DNA from: Gaiellaceae bacterium | GTDB taxonomy: Bacteria; Actinomycetota; Thermoleophilia; Gaiellales; Gaiellaceae | Length of the DNA stretch: 51,865 bases | Direction of reading: 5' to 3' | Assembly: GCA_035711645.1 (NCBI GenBank) | Contig: DASTBX010000078.1 | Span: forward strand, 1-51,865 | In this document: positions 8,707 through 16,106 of the stretch, in pieces | How the letters are laid out: every line of letters starts with the position of its first letter | Numbering within the stretch: the stretch's first letter is position 1 | Program-made: the position numbers and the translations under genes | Notes under the pieces: model-generated | The model's input: the letters and a program-made list of their open reading frames with translations, nothing else | Database searches by the model: none | What the model was told of the DNA's origin: nothing

Positions 8707-9068
8707 CCGAGCCGTTGCGCCCGGGACCGGGCTCCGTCGTCTTCGAGGAGCAGGAGCTCGCCGAGGAGGAGCTCTGGAGCGACGACTCCGGCGAGGACCA
8801 CGCCGGCTGGTTCTGCGTCGCCACGGACCCGTTTCCCTGCCCGGCCTCCGGCTGCACGTTCGTGGCCGAGTTCATGACGGCCGTGCACCTCATCCTGGTG
8901 TGGGAGCAGCGCGACGACCCGAACCTCCTCTGGCACGCCCAGCGCGCCAAGGAGGTCGGCCGCAACCCGAGGATCGTCTCCTACCAGCCGTCCTTCGGCC
9001 CGAGCGCCTCGTACTACGCCTGGGAGGCCGCCGGTCGCCCGGTCCACGGCGTCCGCCGCCCGGCGTAA
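8703..9068 (+). CDS. hypothetical protein (121 aa)
   Basis: ATG 8703 overlaps the upstream stop (ATGA). High GC3. Cys-containing motif CPASGC. No family recognised. Confidence 0.55.
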   Translation: MTEPLRPGPGSVVFEEQELAEEELWSDDSGEDHAGWFCVATDPFPCPASGCTFVAEFMTAVHLILVWEQRDDPNLLWHAQRAKEVGRNPRIVSYQPSFGPSASYYAWEAAGRPVHGVRRPA

Positions 9069-9137
9069 GAACCGCTTAACGTCGGCTTCAGCAGGTCTCG
9101 TGGTGGCGGGGACCCGGCGGAGGCAAGCTGGGAGGCG

Positions 9138-10115
9138 ATGGCCGCGTTCGTCATCCGGCGCGTCCTCTGGACGCTGCCCGTGCTCCTCGTCGCCGTGACG
9201 GCGATCTTCTTCATGATGCGCGCGATCGGCGGCGACCCCTTCCGCCACGGGCCGCTCCTCGGGCTGGCGGCCTCGGAAGAGGGGCACTGGGTCAAGTACG
9301 GGGACGCGCAGCCGAAGTCGATCAGCGAGAACCTCCACCGACGCTACGGCCTCGACCTGCCCTGGTACGAGCAGTACGGCAACTACCTGCTCGGCGTGGC
9401 GCTCCTCGACTTCGGGCCTTCGCTCTCGTTCCGCAACGAGACGGTGAACGAGATCCTGCGCGAGCAGGCTCCGCACTCGATCGAGCTCGGCCTCCTCGCC
9501 TTCCTGTGGGCGTTCGGCGTGGGGATCCCGCTCGGCGTGCTGGCGGCGCTGCGCCAGGGCTCGATCCTGGACGCGGGCATCCGCTTCTTCTCGAGCGCCG
9601 GCTTCGCGGTGCCGAGCTTCCTCGTCGGGCTCATGCTCGTCTACGTGCTCAGCGTCAAGCTCGGCGTCTTCCCGGTGAGCGGCTGGACCGAGAGCTGGCG
9701 CCACAAGGTGCTTCCATCCTTCACGCTCGGGCTCGTCCCGCTGGCGCTCTGCACCCGCCTGGTGCGCGGCGCGACGATCGAGGCGCTGCAGGCCGACTAC
9801 GTCGTCGCCGCGCGCGCGAAGGGTCTCCGCCACCGCCGCGTGGTCGCCGTCCACGCCGTGCGCAACGCCCTCATCCCGGTGATCACTGCCGGCGGGCCGC
9901 TGCTCGGCTACCTGCTCACGGGCGCCTTCGTCATCGAGCTCATCTTCTCCGTCCCCGGCATCGGCCGCTACTACATCGCCTCCGTCTCGGCGCGCGACTA
10001 CAACGTCGTCCTCGGGATCACGGTGCTGCTCGCGCTGCTGATCATCCTGGCGAACCTCGTCGTGGACATCCTCCATGCGCTCCTCGACCCGCGCGTGCGA
10101 ACGGCGGGCGTCTAG
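9138..10115 (+). CDS. ABC transporter permease, DppB/OppB (peptide/nickel) type
   Basis: N-terminus FVIRRVLWTLPVLLVAVTAIFFMMR and EAA-loop-like AARAKGLRHRRVVAVHAVRNALIPVIT. SD GGGAGG precedes ATG 9138. Confidence 0.9.
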   Translation: MAAFVIRRVLWTLPVLLVAVTAIFFMMRAIGGDPFRHGPLLGLAASEEGHWVKYGDAQPKSISENLHRRYGLDLPWYEQYGNYLLGVALLDFGPSLSFRNETVNEILREQAPHSIELGLLAFLWAFGVGIPLGVLAALRQGSILDAGIRFFSSAGFAVPSFLVGLMLVYVLSVKLGVFPVSGWTESWRHKVLPSFTLGLVPLALCTRLVRGATIEALQADYVVAARAKGLRHRRVVAVHAVRNALIPVITAGGPLLGYLLTGAFVIELIFSVPGIGRYYIASVSARDYNVVLGITVLLALLIILANLVVDILHALLDPRVRTAGV

Positions 10116-10750
10116 ATGGGCTCGACGCGGCCGTTGCCGGCCGCGCGGTTCCTGATCTCGCGTTCGCGCTCGACGGCGTCGGCGGCCTGGTTCAGCATCG
10201 GCGCGAGGCGGATGACGCGCTCCCGCTCGGAGCGGATCTCGAGCAGCCCCTGCTTCACCTCGGGGCCGAAGTCGATGCGGGAGGCGATCTGGTAGGCGAT
10301 CGAGTCGGCGTCGAGATCGAGATCGTCGAGCTCCGCCTCGGCGGCGTCGACGACGCGCGTGTAGGCGACGAGGCACTCCTCGACCTCCTCCTCGCTGGGC
10401 GCGTCCGCGTCGTCGGGGAGCGGCTCGACCTCGGCGGTCCGGAAGGAGCGGCCCTCCGTGAGCTCGAGGAGCTGGAACCGCTCCTGCGCCTCGACGACGA
10501 CGTTCAGCCGCCCGTCCGGGAACTGGTCGAGGACCTCGACGACCGAGCAGCGCGTCCCGACCTCGCGCATGCCCGCGTCGTCCTCCAGCACGATCCCGAA
10601 GTCGCTTCCCGAGTCGAGGCACTCGCCGATCAGCTCCCGGTAGCGCGGCTCGAAGACGTGCAGCGGCGCCTGCTCGCCCGGCACGAGGACGAGGTTCAGG
10701 GGGAAGAGGCCGAGCTCCACGGGGGACAGGTTAAGGTTTCCGCGTGGCAC
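10112..10750 (-). CDS. LON N-terminal (substrate-binding) domain protein
   Basis: LFPLNLVLVPGEQAPLHVFEPRYRELI is typical of stand-alone Lon N-domain proteins. No ATPase or protease domain. Confidence 0.8.
   Translation of the reverse strand: MPRGNLNLSPVELGLFPLNLVLVPGEQAPLHVFEPRYRELIGECLDSGSDFGIVLEDDAGMREVGTRCSVVEVLDQFPDGRLNVVVEAQERFQLLELTEGRSFRTAEVEPLPDDADAPSEEEVEECLVAYTRVVDAAEAELDDLDLDADSIAYQIASRIDFGPEVKQGLLEIRSERERVIRLAPMLNQAADAVEREREIRNRAAGNGRVEPI
10732..10737 (+). promoter_or_regulatory. candidate -10 box TAAGGT, 6 nt before GTG 10744 (hisC)
   Basis: TANNNT hexamer, no SD. Confidence 0.35.
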
Positions 10751-11865
10751 GCGATCCCGCCAGGCCTGCGCTCGCGGGCCTCGTCCCGTACGAGCCCGGG
10801 AAGCCGGTCGAGGAGGTGCAGCGCGAGCTCGGCCTCGCGCGCGTCGTCAAGCTCGCGTCGAACGAGGGCCAGTTCGGACCCTTCCCGGCCGCCGTGGAGG
10901 CGCTCGAACGCGGCATCGGGGAGCTGAACCGCTACCCGGACGGCGGCGCCTACCGCCTCGTCACGAGGCTCGCCGAGCGCCACGGCGTCGAGCCCGCGAA
11001 CGTCGCCGTCGCCGCCGGCGCCGACGCGGTCGTCAACTACCTCTCGCTGGCCGTGCTCGACCCGGGCGACGAGGTCGTCTGCGGCTGGCCGTCGTTCCCG
11101 AGCTACGTCCTCGACGCGCTCAAGATGGGCGCGACGCCCGTCCGCGTGCCGCTTGCCGACCACCGCTACGACGTCGAGGCGATCCTCGCGGCGGTCACGG
11201 AGCGCACGAAGATCGCCTACCTCTGCAACCCGAACAACCCGACCGGGACGATGATCCCCCGCGCCGACGTGGAGACGTTCCTCGAACGCGTTCCCGCCCG
11301 CGTCCTCACGGTGCTCGACGAGGCGTACTTCGAGTACGTCGACGACCCCGACTACCCGGACGGGATCGAGGAGCACGTGAAGGCGGGCCGCAACGTGCTC
11401 GTCCTGCGGACGTTCTCGAAGATCTACGGGCTCGCCGGCTTGCGCGTGGGCTACGGCGTCGGCCCGCGCGAGGTGGTGGACGCCGTCAAGAAGGTGCGGA
11501 ACGCCTTCGACGTGACGCAGCCGGCCCAGGACGCGGCCGTCGCGAGCCTCGACGATCCCGACGAGGTCGCCCGGCGCCGCCGCCTCAACGCCGAGGCGCG
11601 GACCCGCCTCGTGGAGGCCTGTGAGGAGCTGGGCCTCGCGGTCGCGACCCCGGCGGTGGCCAACTTCGTCTACGCGGAGGTGGGCGAGGACTCCCGGCCC
11701 GTGTTCGAGGTGCTCCTCCGCGAAGGCGTCATCGTCCGCCCGCTCGGGCCCTTCGGCGCGCCGGGAGCGATCCGCGTGACCGTCGGCACGCTCGAGGAGA
11801 CCGAGTTCTTCGCCGAGGCATTCCGGCGCGTGGCGGCGACCGCTGCGGCGCCGGCGCGGCGCTAG
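10744..11865 (+). CDS. hisC: histidinol-phosphate aminotransferase
   Basis: LASNEGQFGP and PLP-lysine motif RTFSKIYGLAGLRVGY. Confidence 0.9.
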   Translation: MARDPARPALAGLVPYEPGKPVEEVQRELGLARVVKLASNEGQFGPFPAAVEALERGIGELNRYPDGGAYRLVTRLAERHGVEPANVAVAAGADAVVNYLSLAVLDPGDEVVCGWPSFPSYVLDALKMGATPVRVPLADHRYDVEAILAAVTERTKIAYLCNPNNPTGTMIPRADVETFLERVPARVLTVLDEAYFEYVDDPDYPDGIEEHVKAGRNVLVLRTFSKIYGLAGLRVGYGVGPREVVDAVKKVRNAFDVTQPAQDAAVASLDDPDEVARRRRLNAEARTRLVEACEELGLAVATPAVANFVYAEVGEDSRPVFEVLLREGVIVRPLGPFGAPGAIRVTVGTLEETEFFAEAFRRVAATAAAPARR

Positions 11866-11867
11866 AC

Positions 11868-12860
11868 GTGCCCCGAGCCTGGACGCTCGAGGACCTCGTC
11901 GAGGGCGTCCACGGCGGCGACCGGCGCGCCCTCGCGCGCGCCATAACGCTGGTCGAGAGCTCGGACCCGCTCGCCTACGAACTGATCCGCGAGCTCTATC
12001 CGGAGACCGGCCGCGCCTATGTCGTCGGCGTCACGGGCCCCCCCGGCGTCGGCAAGTCGAGCCTCCTGAGCGCGCTCGTGCGCCACGTCCGCGCCGAGGG
12101 ACGGAGCGTCGGCGTCATCTCCGTCGACCCGTCGAGCCCGTTCACGAAGGGAGCGCTCCTCGGCGACCGCATCCGCCTCGCCGACCATTTCCTCGACCCC
12201 GAGGTCTTCATCCGCTCGATGGGCACGCGCGGCCACCTCGGCGGGCTCGCGGAGGCCACGCTCCAGGCGACGCTCGTCCTCGACGCGGCCGGCAAGGACC
12301 TCGTCTTCGTCGAGACGGTCGGCACGGGCCAGAGCGAGGTGGAGGTGATCGGGATCGCGGACACGGTGCTCCTCGTCCTCATGCCCGGGTCGGGCGACTC
12401 GATCCAGGCGTTGAAAGCGGGGATCATGGAGATCCCCGACGTGATCGCTGTGAACAAGCGCGACCACCCGGCGGCGAAGACGATGGTGGCGGAGGTCCGC
12501 TCCATCCTCGCGCTCGACCCCGAGCAGGACCGCCGGCCGCCGATCGTGCTCACGGAGGCCGTCCGGGGCGAGGGGGTCGGCGAGCTGTGGGAGAAGATCG
12601 CCGGCCACCGCGCCCAGCTCGAGGAGAGCGGCACGCTCGCCGAGCGGCGGGCGGAGAACCTCGCAGGCGAGGTCTTCGCCGTCGCGAGCGCGCGGGCGAA
12701 GGCCCGGCTCCAGGAGGCCGTCGCCGAGGACGACGAGCTCCGGCGGCTCCTGGGCGAGGTGCAGCGGCGCGAGCTCGATCCGCTCACGGCCGTGCGTGAG
12801 ATCATGGAGAAGGTCTTCCGTCTGAGCGATGGCGACGGCGACGGGCCCGACACTCGCTGA
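11868..12860 (+). CDS. meaB: methylmalonyl-CoA mutase-associated G-protein chaperone (MeaB/ArgK)
   Basis: P-loop GVTGPPGVGKSS, DPSSPFTKGALLGDR and NKRD specificity motif. Confidence 0.9.
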   Translation: MPRAWTLEDLVEGVHGGDRRALARAITLVESSDPLAYELIRELYPETGRAYVVGVTGPPGVGKSSLLSALVRHVRAEGRSVGVISVDPSSPFTKGALLGDRIRLADHFLDPEVFIRSMGTRGHLGGLAEATLQATLVLDAAGKDLVFVETVGTGQSEVEVIGIADTVLLVLMPGSGDSIQALKAGIMEIPDVIAVNKRDHPAAKTMVAEVRSILALDPEQDRRPPIVLTEAVRGEGVGELWEKIAGHRAQLEESGTLAERRAENLAGEVFAVASARAKARLQEAVAEDDELRRLLGEVQRRELDPLTAVREIMEKVFRLSDGDGDGPDTR

Positions 12861-14025
12861 CATCCGCGAGGCGCAGAGCCGCCTCGACGGCGTCGCCCGC
12901 GTGACCCCGGTCTTCTCCTCGGAGACGCTCGGGCGCCTGTGCGGCCGCCCCGTGTGGCTCAAGGCGGAGAACCTCCAGCGCACCGGCTCCTTCAAGATCC
13001 GCGGCGCCTTCAACCGGATCTCGACGCTCTCGCCGGCCGAGCGGGCGGCCGGCGTCGTCACGGCGAGCGCCGGGAACCACGGTCAGGCGGTCGCCTGGGC
13101 GGCGCGCGAGGCGGGCGTGCGGGCGACCGTGTTCATGCCGGAGGACGCTCCCACGGCGAAGATGGAGGCGACGAAGAACTACGGTGCGGAGGTCGTCCTC
13201 ACGGGCTCGGGCTTCGACGCCGCCGCCGCGGCCGTCGACGAGCGGGTCGAGGCGGGGGAGACGCTCGTCCATGCCTTCGAGGACGAGCGTGTCATCGCCG
13301 GGCAGGGGACGGTTGGGCTCGAGCTCGCGGAGCAGCTCGGCCCGGACGTGGCGACGCTCGTCGTCCCCGTGGGCGGCGGCGGCCTCGCCGCCGGGATCGC
13401 CCTCGCGCTCGCCGAGCTGCGGCCCGGTATGCGCATCGTCGGCGTGCAGGCGGCCGCCTGCGCTCCCTTCGCCGGCTCCGAGCCGACGGGGAACACGATC
13501 GCCGACGGGATCGCCGTGAAGCAGCCGGGGGAGCTGACCAGCGCGCTCCTCGCGGAGCGCCTCGACGGGGTCGTGACCGTGACGGACGCTGAGATCGCCG
13601 GCGCGATCCTGCTCCTGAACGAGCGCTGCAAGCTCACCGTCGAGGGGGCCGGGGCCGCGTCGGTGGCGGCTCTGCTCGCCGGAAAGGCGGGCGGGAAGGG
13701 ACCGGCGTGCGCGCTCCTCTCCGGCGGGAACATCGACGCCAGCTCGCTCATCGAGGTCCTGCGCCACGGCCTCACGCGCGCCGGCCGTTACGTCGTCGTC
13801 CGCACGCGGGTGACCGACCGCCCCGGGAACCTCGCCCGGCTCCTCGCCTTGATCGCGGAAGAGCGAGGCAACGTGCTCGGCGTCGACCACCACCGCGAGG
13901 GCATGGACCTGCCCGTGACCGGCACGGAGATCGAGCTCACCCTCGCGCTGCGGGACGAGGAGCACTGCGCGGAGCTCCTCGGCCGCCTCGCCGAGGAGGG
14001 CTACCCGGTCGAGCGGCTCCGCTAG
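12829..14025 (+). CDS. ilvA: threonine ammonia-lyase (threonine dehydratase) with C-terminal regulatory domain
   Basis: PLP-lysine motif GSFKIRGA, glycine loop PVGGGGL, and an ACT-like C-terminus. Overlaps the meaB end by 32 nt. Confidence 0.9.
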   Translation: MATATGPTLADIREAQSRLDGVARVTPVFSSETLGRLCGRPVWLKAENLQRTGSFKIRGAFNRISTLSPAERAAGVVTASAGNHGQAVAWAAREAGVRATVFMPEDAPTAKMEATKNYGAEVVLTGSGFDAAAAAVDERVEAGETLVHAFEDERVIAGQGTVGLELAEQLGPDVATLVVPVGGGGLAAGIALALAELRPGMRIVGVQAAACAPFAGSEPTGNTIADGIAVKQPGELTSALLAERLDGVVTVTDAEIAGAILLLNERCKLTVEGAGAASVAALLAGKAGGKGPACALLSGGNIDASSLIEVLRHGLTRAGRYVVVRTRVTDRPGNLARLLALIAEERGNVLGVDHHREGMDLPVTGTEIELTLALRDEEHCAELLGRLAEEGYPVERLR

Positions 14026-14219
14026 CCGTCAGGCTCGATCAGGGGGACGTAGCTCGTCCCCTCGGAATCGTCCTCGGGCGGCGCGGGAACCACCCTGCCG
14101 CGCTTCAGGTCGAAGCCGGCGCTCTGCGCCGCCTCGGACAGCCGGCGCAGGGCCGCTCCCGCCGCCTCCTGGCTCTCGCATTCGAAGAGCAGCTCGACCT
14201 CGGCGAGGAACGTGGCCAC
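14022..14219 (-). CDS. hypothetical small acidic protein (65 aa)
   Basis: GTG start 3 nt after the stop of the tail-tube-like gene. Moderately high GC3. No motif recognised. Confidence 0.4.
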   Translation of the reverse strand: MATFLAEVELLFECESQEAAGAALRRLSEAAQSAGFDLKRGRVVPAPPEDDSEGTSYVPLIEPDG

Positions 14220-14222
14220 GCG

Positions 14223-14660
14223 CTACTCCAGCTCCAGCCCCTCGTGGGCCAGCTCGACCGACTCGACGGCGACCTCGTTCTTCGCCGCCTCGAGCTCGGA
14301 GGCCTCGATCTTCGCGACCCAGGCGTTGCGCAGGAGCCAGCGCAGGACCGGCGTGCGCGCGTCGTCCAGAAGGACGATCGCGACGTTGCGGCGCTGGACG
14401 TTGCCGTCGGCGACGGTCTTCCACCACTGCCAGAGGTCGCGGGAGGCGGTGATCCCGCGCTTCAGGGTCACGTTCGGGTACTTGACGCGCCCGGGCAGCT
14501 TGCGCGAGGACGAGACCGGGTCGGAGCCCTCGCGGTACTCGATCACCTCGGCCTCGGCGCCCAGGCCGCTCACGCTCTTGAACGCGGCAGAGGCGATCCC
14601 GTCGATCTCGACGAGGAACGAGTAGCTCTTGAACGGGTCCCGCCTCCCTGCCGGTGGCAT
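14223..14660 (-). CDS. phage tail-tube-like protein (T4 gp19 / 'conserved phage tail region protein' family)
   Basis: FKSYSFLVEIDGIASAAFKSVSGLGAEAEVIEYREGSD...KLPGRVKYPNVTLKRGI...LWQWW matches the tail-tube signature of contractile injection systems. SD GAGGAG precedes ATG 14660. Confidence 0.8.
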   Translation of the reverse strand: MPPAGRRDPFKSYSFLVEIDGIASAAFKSVSGLGAEAEVIEYREGSDPVSSSRKLPGRVKYPNVTLKRGITASRDLWQWWKTVADGNVQRRNVAIVLLDDARTPVLRWLLRNAWVAKIEASELEAAKNEVAVESVELAHEGLELE

Positions 14661-14662
14661 CG

Positions 14663-15028
14663 TCAGTCTCCTCTCACATAGGCGATCTCGCGGTAGATCT
14701 CGAGGTCGTGGGTGATCGAGGCCGTGTACTCCTTCTTCTCGGCGTCGCGGTACGCGACCCGGGCGACCACCGTCCTGGCGCGCCGGCGGGCGAACCACGA
14801 CGCCGCAGAGTCGAGCAGCGTCCGGATCTCCTTGCCGGGAGCGAGGAACGCGATGTTCTCGAAGAGCGGCAGCGCGGCGACGTCCTTCGTCCCGCCCAGG
14901 CCGACGAGCTTCCGGTTGAAACTCGTCCTGACGTCGAGCGCGGGCCGGTCGCCGATGTTCGACACGGCGAGGAAGAGCAGGCCGTCCTCGAAGACGACGT
15001 CCACGATCACCTCCGGACGGCCGCTCAT
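14663..15028 (-). CDS. hypothetical protein (121 aa), co-oriented with and 2 nt upstream of the tail-tube-like gene
   Basis: ATG-start ORF with high GC3. No family recognised. Confidence 0.55.
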   Translation of the reverse strand: MSGRPEVIVDVVFEDGLLFLAVSNIGDRPALDVRTSFNRKLVGLGGTKDVAALPLFENIAFLAPGKEIRTLLDSAASWFARRRARTVVARVAYRDAEKKEYTASITHDLEIYREIAYVRGD

Positions 15029-15038
15029 CCGCGGAAGC

Positions 15039-15710
15039 CTACTCCGCGACCAGCTCCCGCAGCCGCCGGGCGTAGGCGGGCGCAGTCGGCTCGTCCTCGT
15101 GCCGGAAGAAGGCGTACACGTCCACGCCGGCGGCGAGCAGGGGTCGGATCCCGGCGGCGAGCACGTCGAGCCGGCCCTCGTCGTAGGGCGGCTCGCGCAG
15201 CCGCAGGTAGCGGAAGCGCGCGGTGCCGTCGACCGCGTCGACCCGGACTGCGCCTCGCTCGTCCAGCCGGGCGCTCACGTCTGCGTCGTCCCACGAGTCG
15301 TGCCGGAAGTCGAAGGCGACCGCCACCTCCGGGTCGAGCGAGTCGAGGAAGAGGCGCAGGAACCCGTCGTCGCGCGCCTGCGGCACCTTGACGCGGAGCG
15401 GGCCGAGCCGGTCGCCGAGGCGGCGCGCCAGGCGGCAGAACTCGTCCACGCCCTCGACCCGGCCGCCGCCGGTCAGCCGGCGGCTCATCGTGACGGCGAA
15501 CCGGAAGCCCGGCGGCGTCTGTGCGGCCCAGCGGTCGAACTGATCCTCCGCAGGAACGCGGTAGAAGGTGTTGTTCAGCTCGACGGCGTCGACGCGCTCC
15601 GCGTAGTGGCGCAGGAAGGTCTCCGGCTTGGCGTCGGCCGGATAGAAACCGCCGCGCCACGACGGGTAGGAGAAGCCGGACGAGCCGGCGTAGAGGGCGC
15701 CGCGGGCTAC
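15039..15710 (-). CDS. DUF72 (UPF0759) family protein lacking a canonical start codon; possible start-codon mutant or pseudogene
   Basis: The conserved N-terminal block YAGSSGFSYPSWRGGFYPADAKPETFLRHYAERVDAVELNNTFYR is in frame upstream of the first ATG (15488). There is no ATG/GTG/TTG between it and the preceding gene. Confidence 0.6.
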   Translation of the reverse strand, partial: VARGALYAGSSGFSYPSWRGGFYPADAKPETFLRHYAERVDAVELNNTFYRVPAEDQFDRWAAQTPPGFRFAVTMSRRLTGGGRVEGVDEFCRLARRLGDRLGPLRVKVPQARDDGFLRLFLDSLDPEVAVAFDFRHDSWDDADVSARLDERGAVRVDAVDGTARFRYLRLREPPYDEGRLDVLAAGIRPLLAAGVDVYAFFRHEDEPTAPAYARRLRELVAE

Positions 15711-15958
15711 GACCCTTCCTCGACCTCGTAGATCTCGTCGGCGACGAGCCCGTGCGCCTCCCGGTGCACCGCGTGGGCGGCCTCGGCGTTCGGGGCCTCG
15801 ACGAGGCAGAAGATCTTGCCGGCCTTCTCGTCGACCCAGTAGCTCTTGTAGTTCACGCCGTGCTTCGCCTGCTGCTGCAGGTCCTTCATGTGCGCGTCGG
15901 CGACGTCCTTCGACGCCACGCCGCCGTCGATCGTGTGCACGTCCATGAAGAGGGGCAT
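15707..15958 (-). CDS. DUF4242-like small protein (84 aa)
   Basis: MPLFMDVHT...AHMKDL..Q.KHGV.Y..YWVDE..GKIFCLVEAP..EA pattern. SD AGGAGG precedes ATG 15958. Confidence 0.75.
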   Translation of the reverse strand: MPLFMDVHTIDGGVASKDVADAHMKDLQQQAKHGVNYKSYWVDEKAGKIFCLVEAPNAEAAHAVHREAHGLVADEIYEVEEGS

Positions 15959-16054
15959 CGGGCCTCCTTCTAGTCGAGTCGCGCGATGGTACACCCGTGC
16001 GATCCCGATGCGAAACCGGCGCAATCCGCGCTCCACTCGCGTGGCTTTCCGGAG

Positions 16055-16090
16055 TAGCCTCGAAGGCGGGTGGTGGGCTGGGGTGCCCCG
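16055..16090. repeat. 36-nt G-rich repeat, copy A (identical to 32027-32062)
   Basis: tagcctcgaaggcgggtggtgggctggggtgccccg, located 16 nt 3' of the acyl-CoA dehydrogenase stop (minus strand). Confidence 0.9.
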
Positions 16091-16106
16091 TTAGAGAATC
16101 ACGCGG

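Noticed and set aside
10744-10750. Divergent genes (the LON-domain gene and hisC) whose annotated starts overlap by 7 nt.
   Set aside because: This is probably a start-codon assignment issue for the LON-domain gene, which has no clear SD or alternative start that I can verify. I do not treat it as a biological feature.
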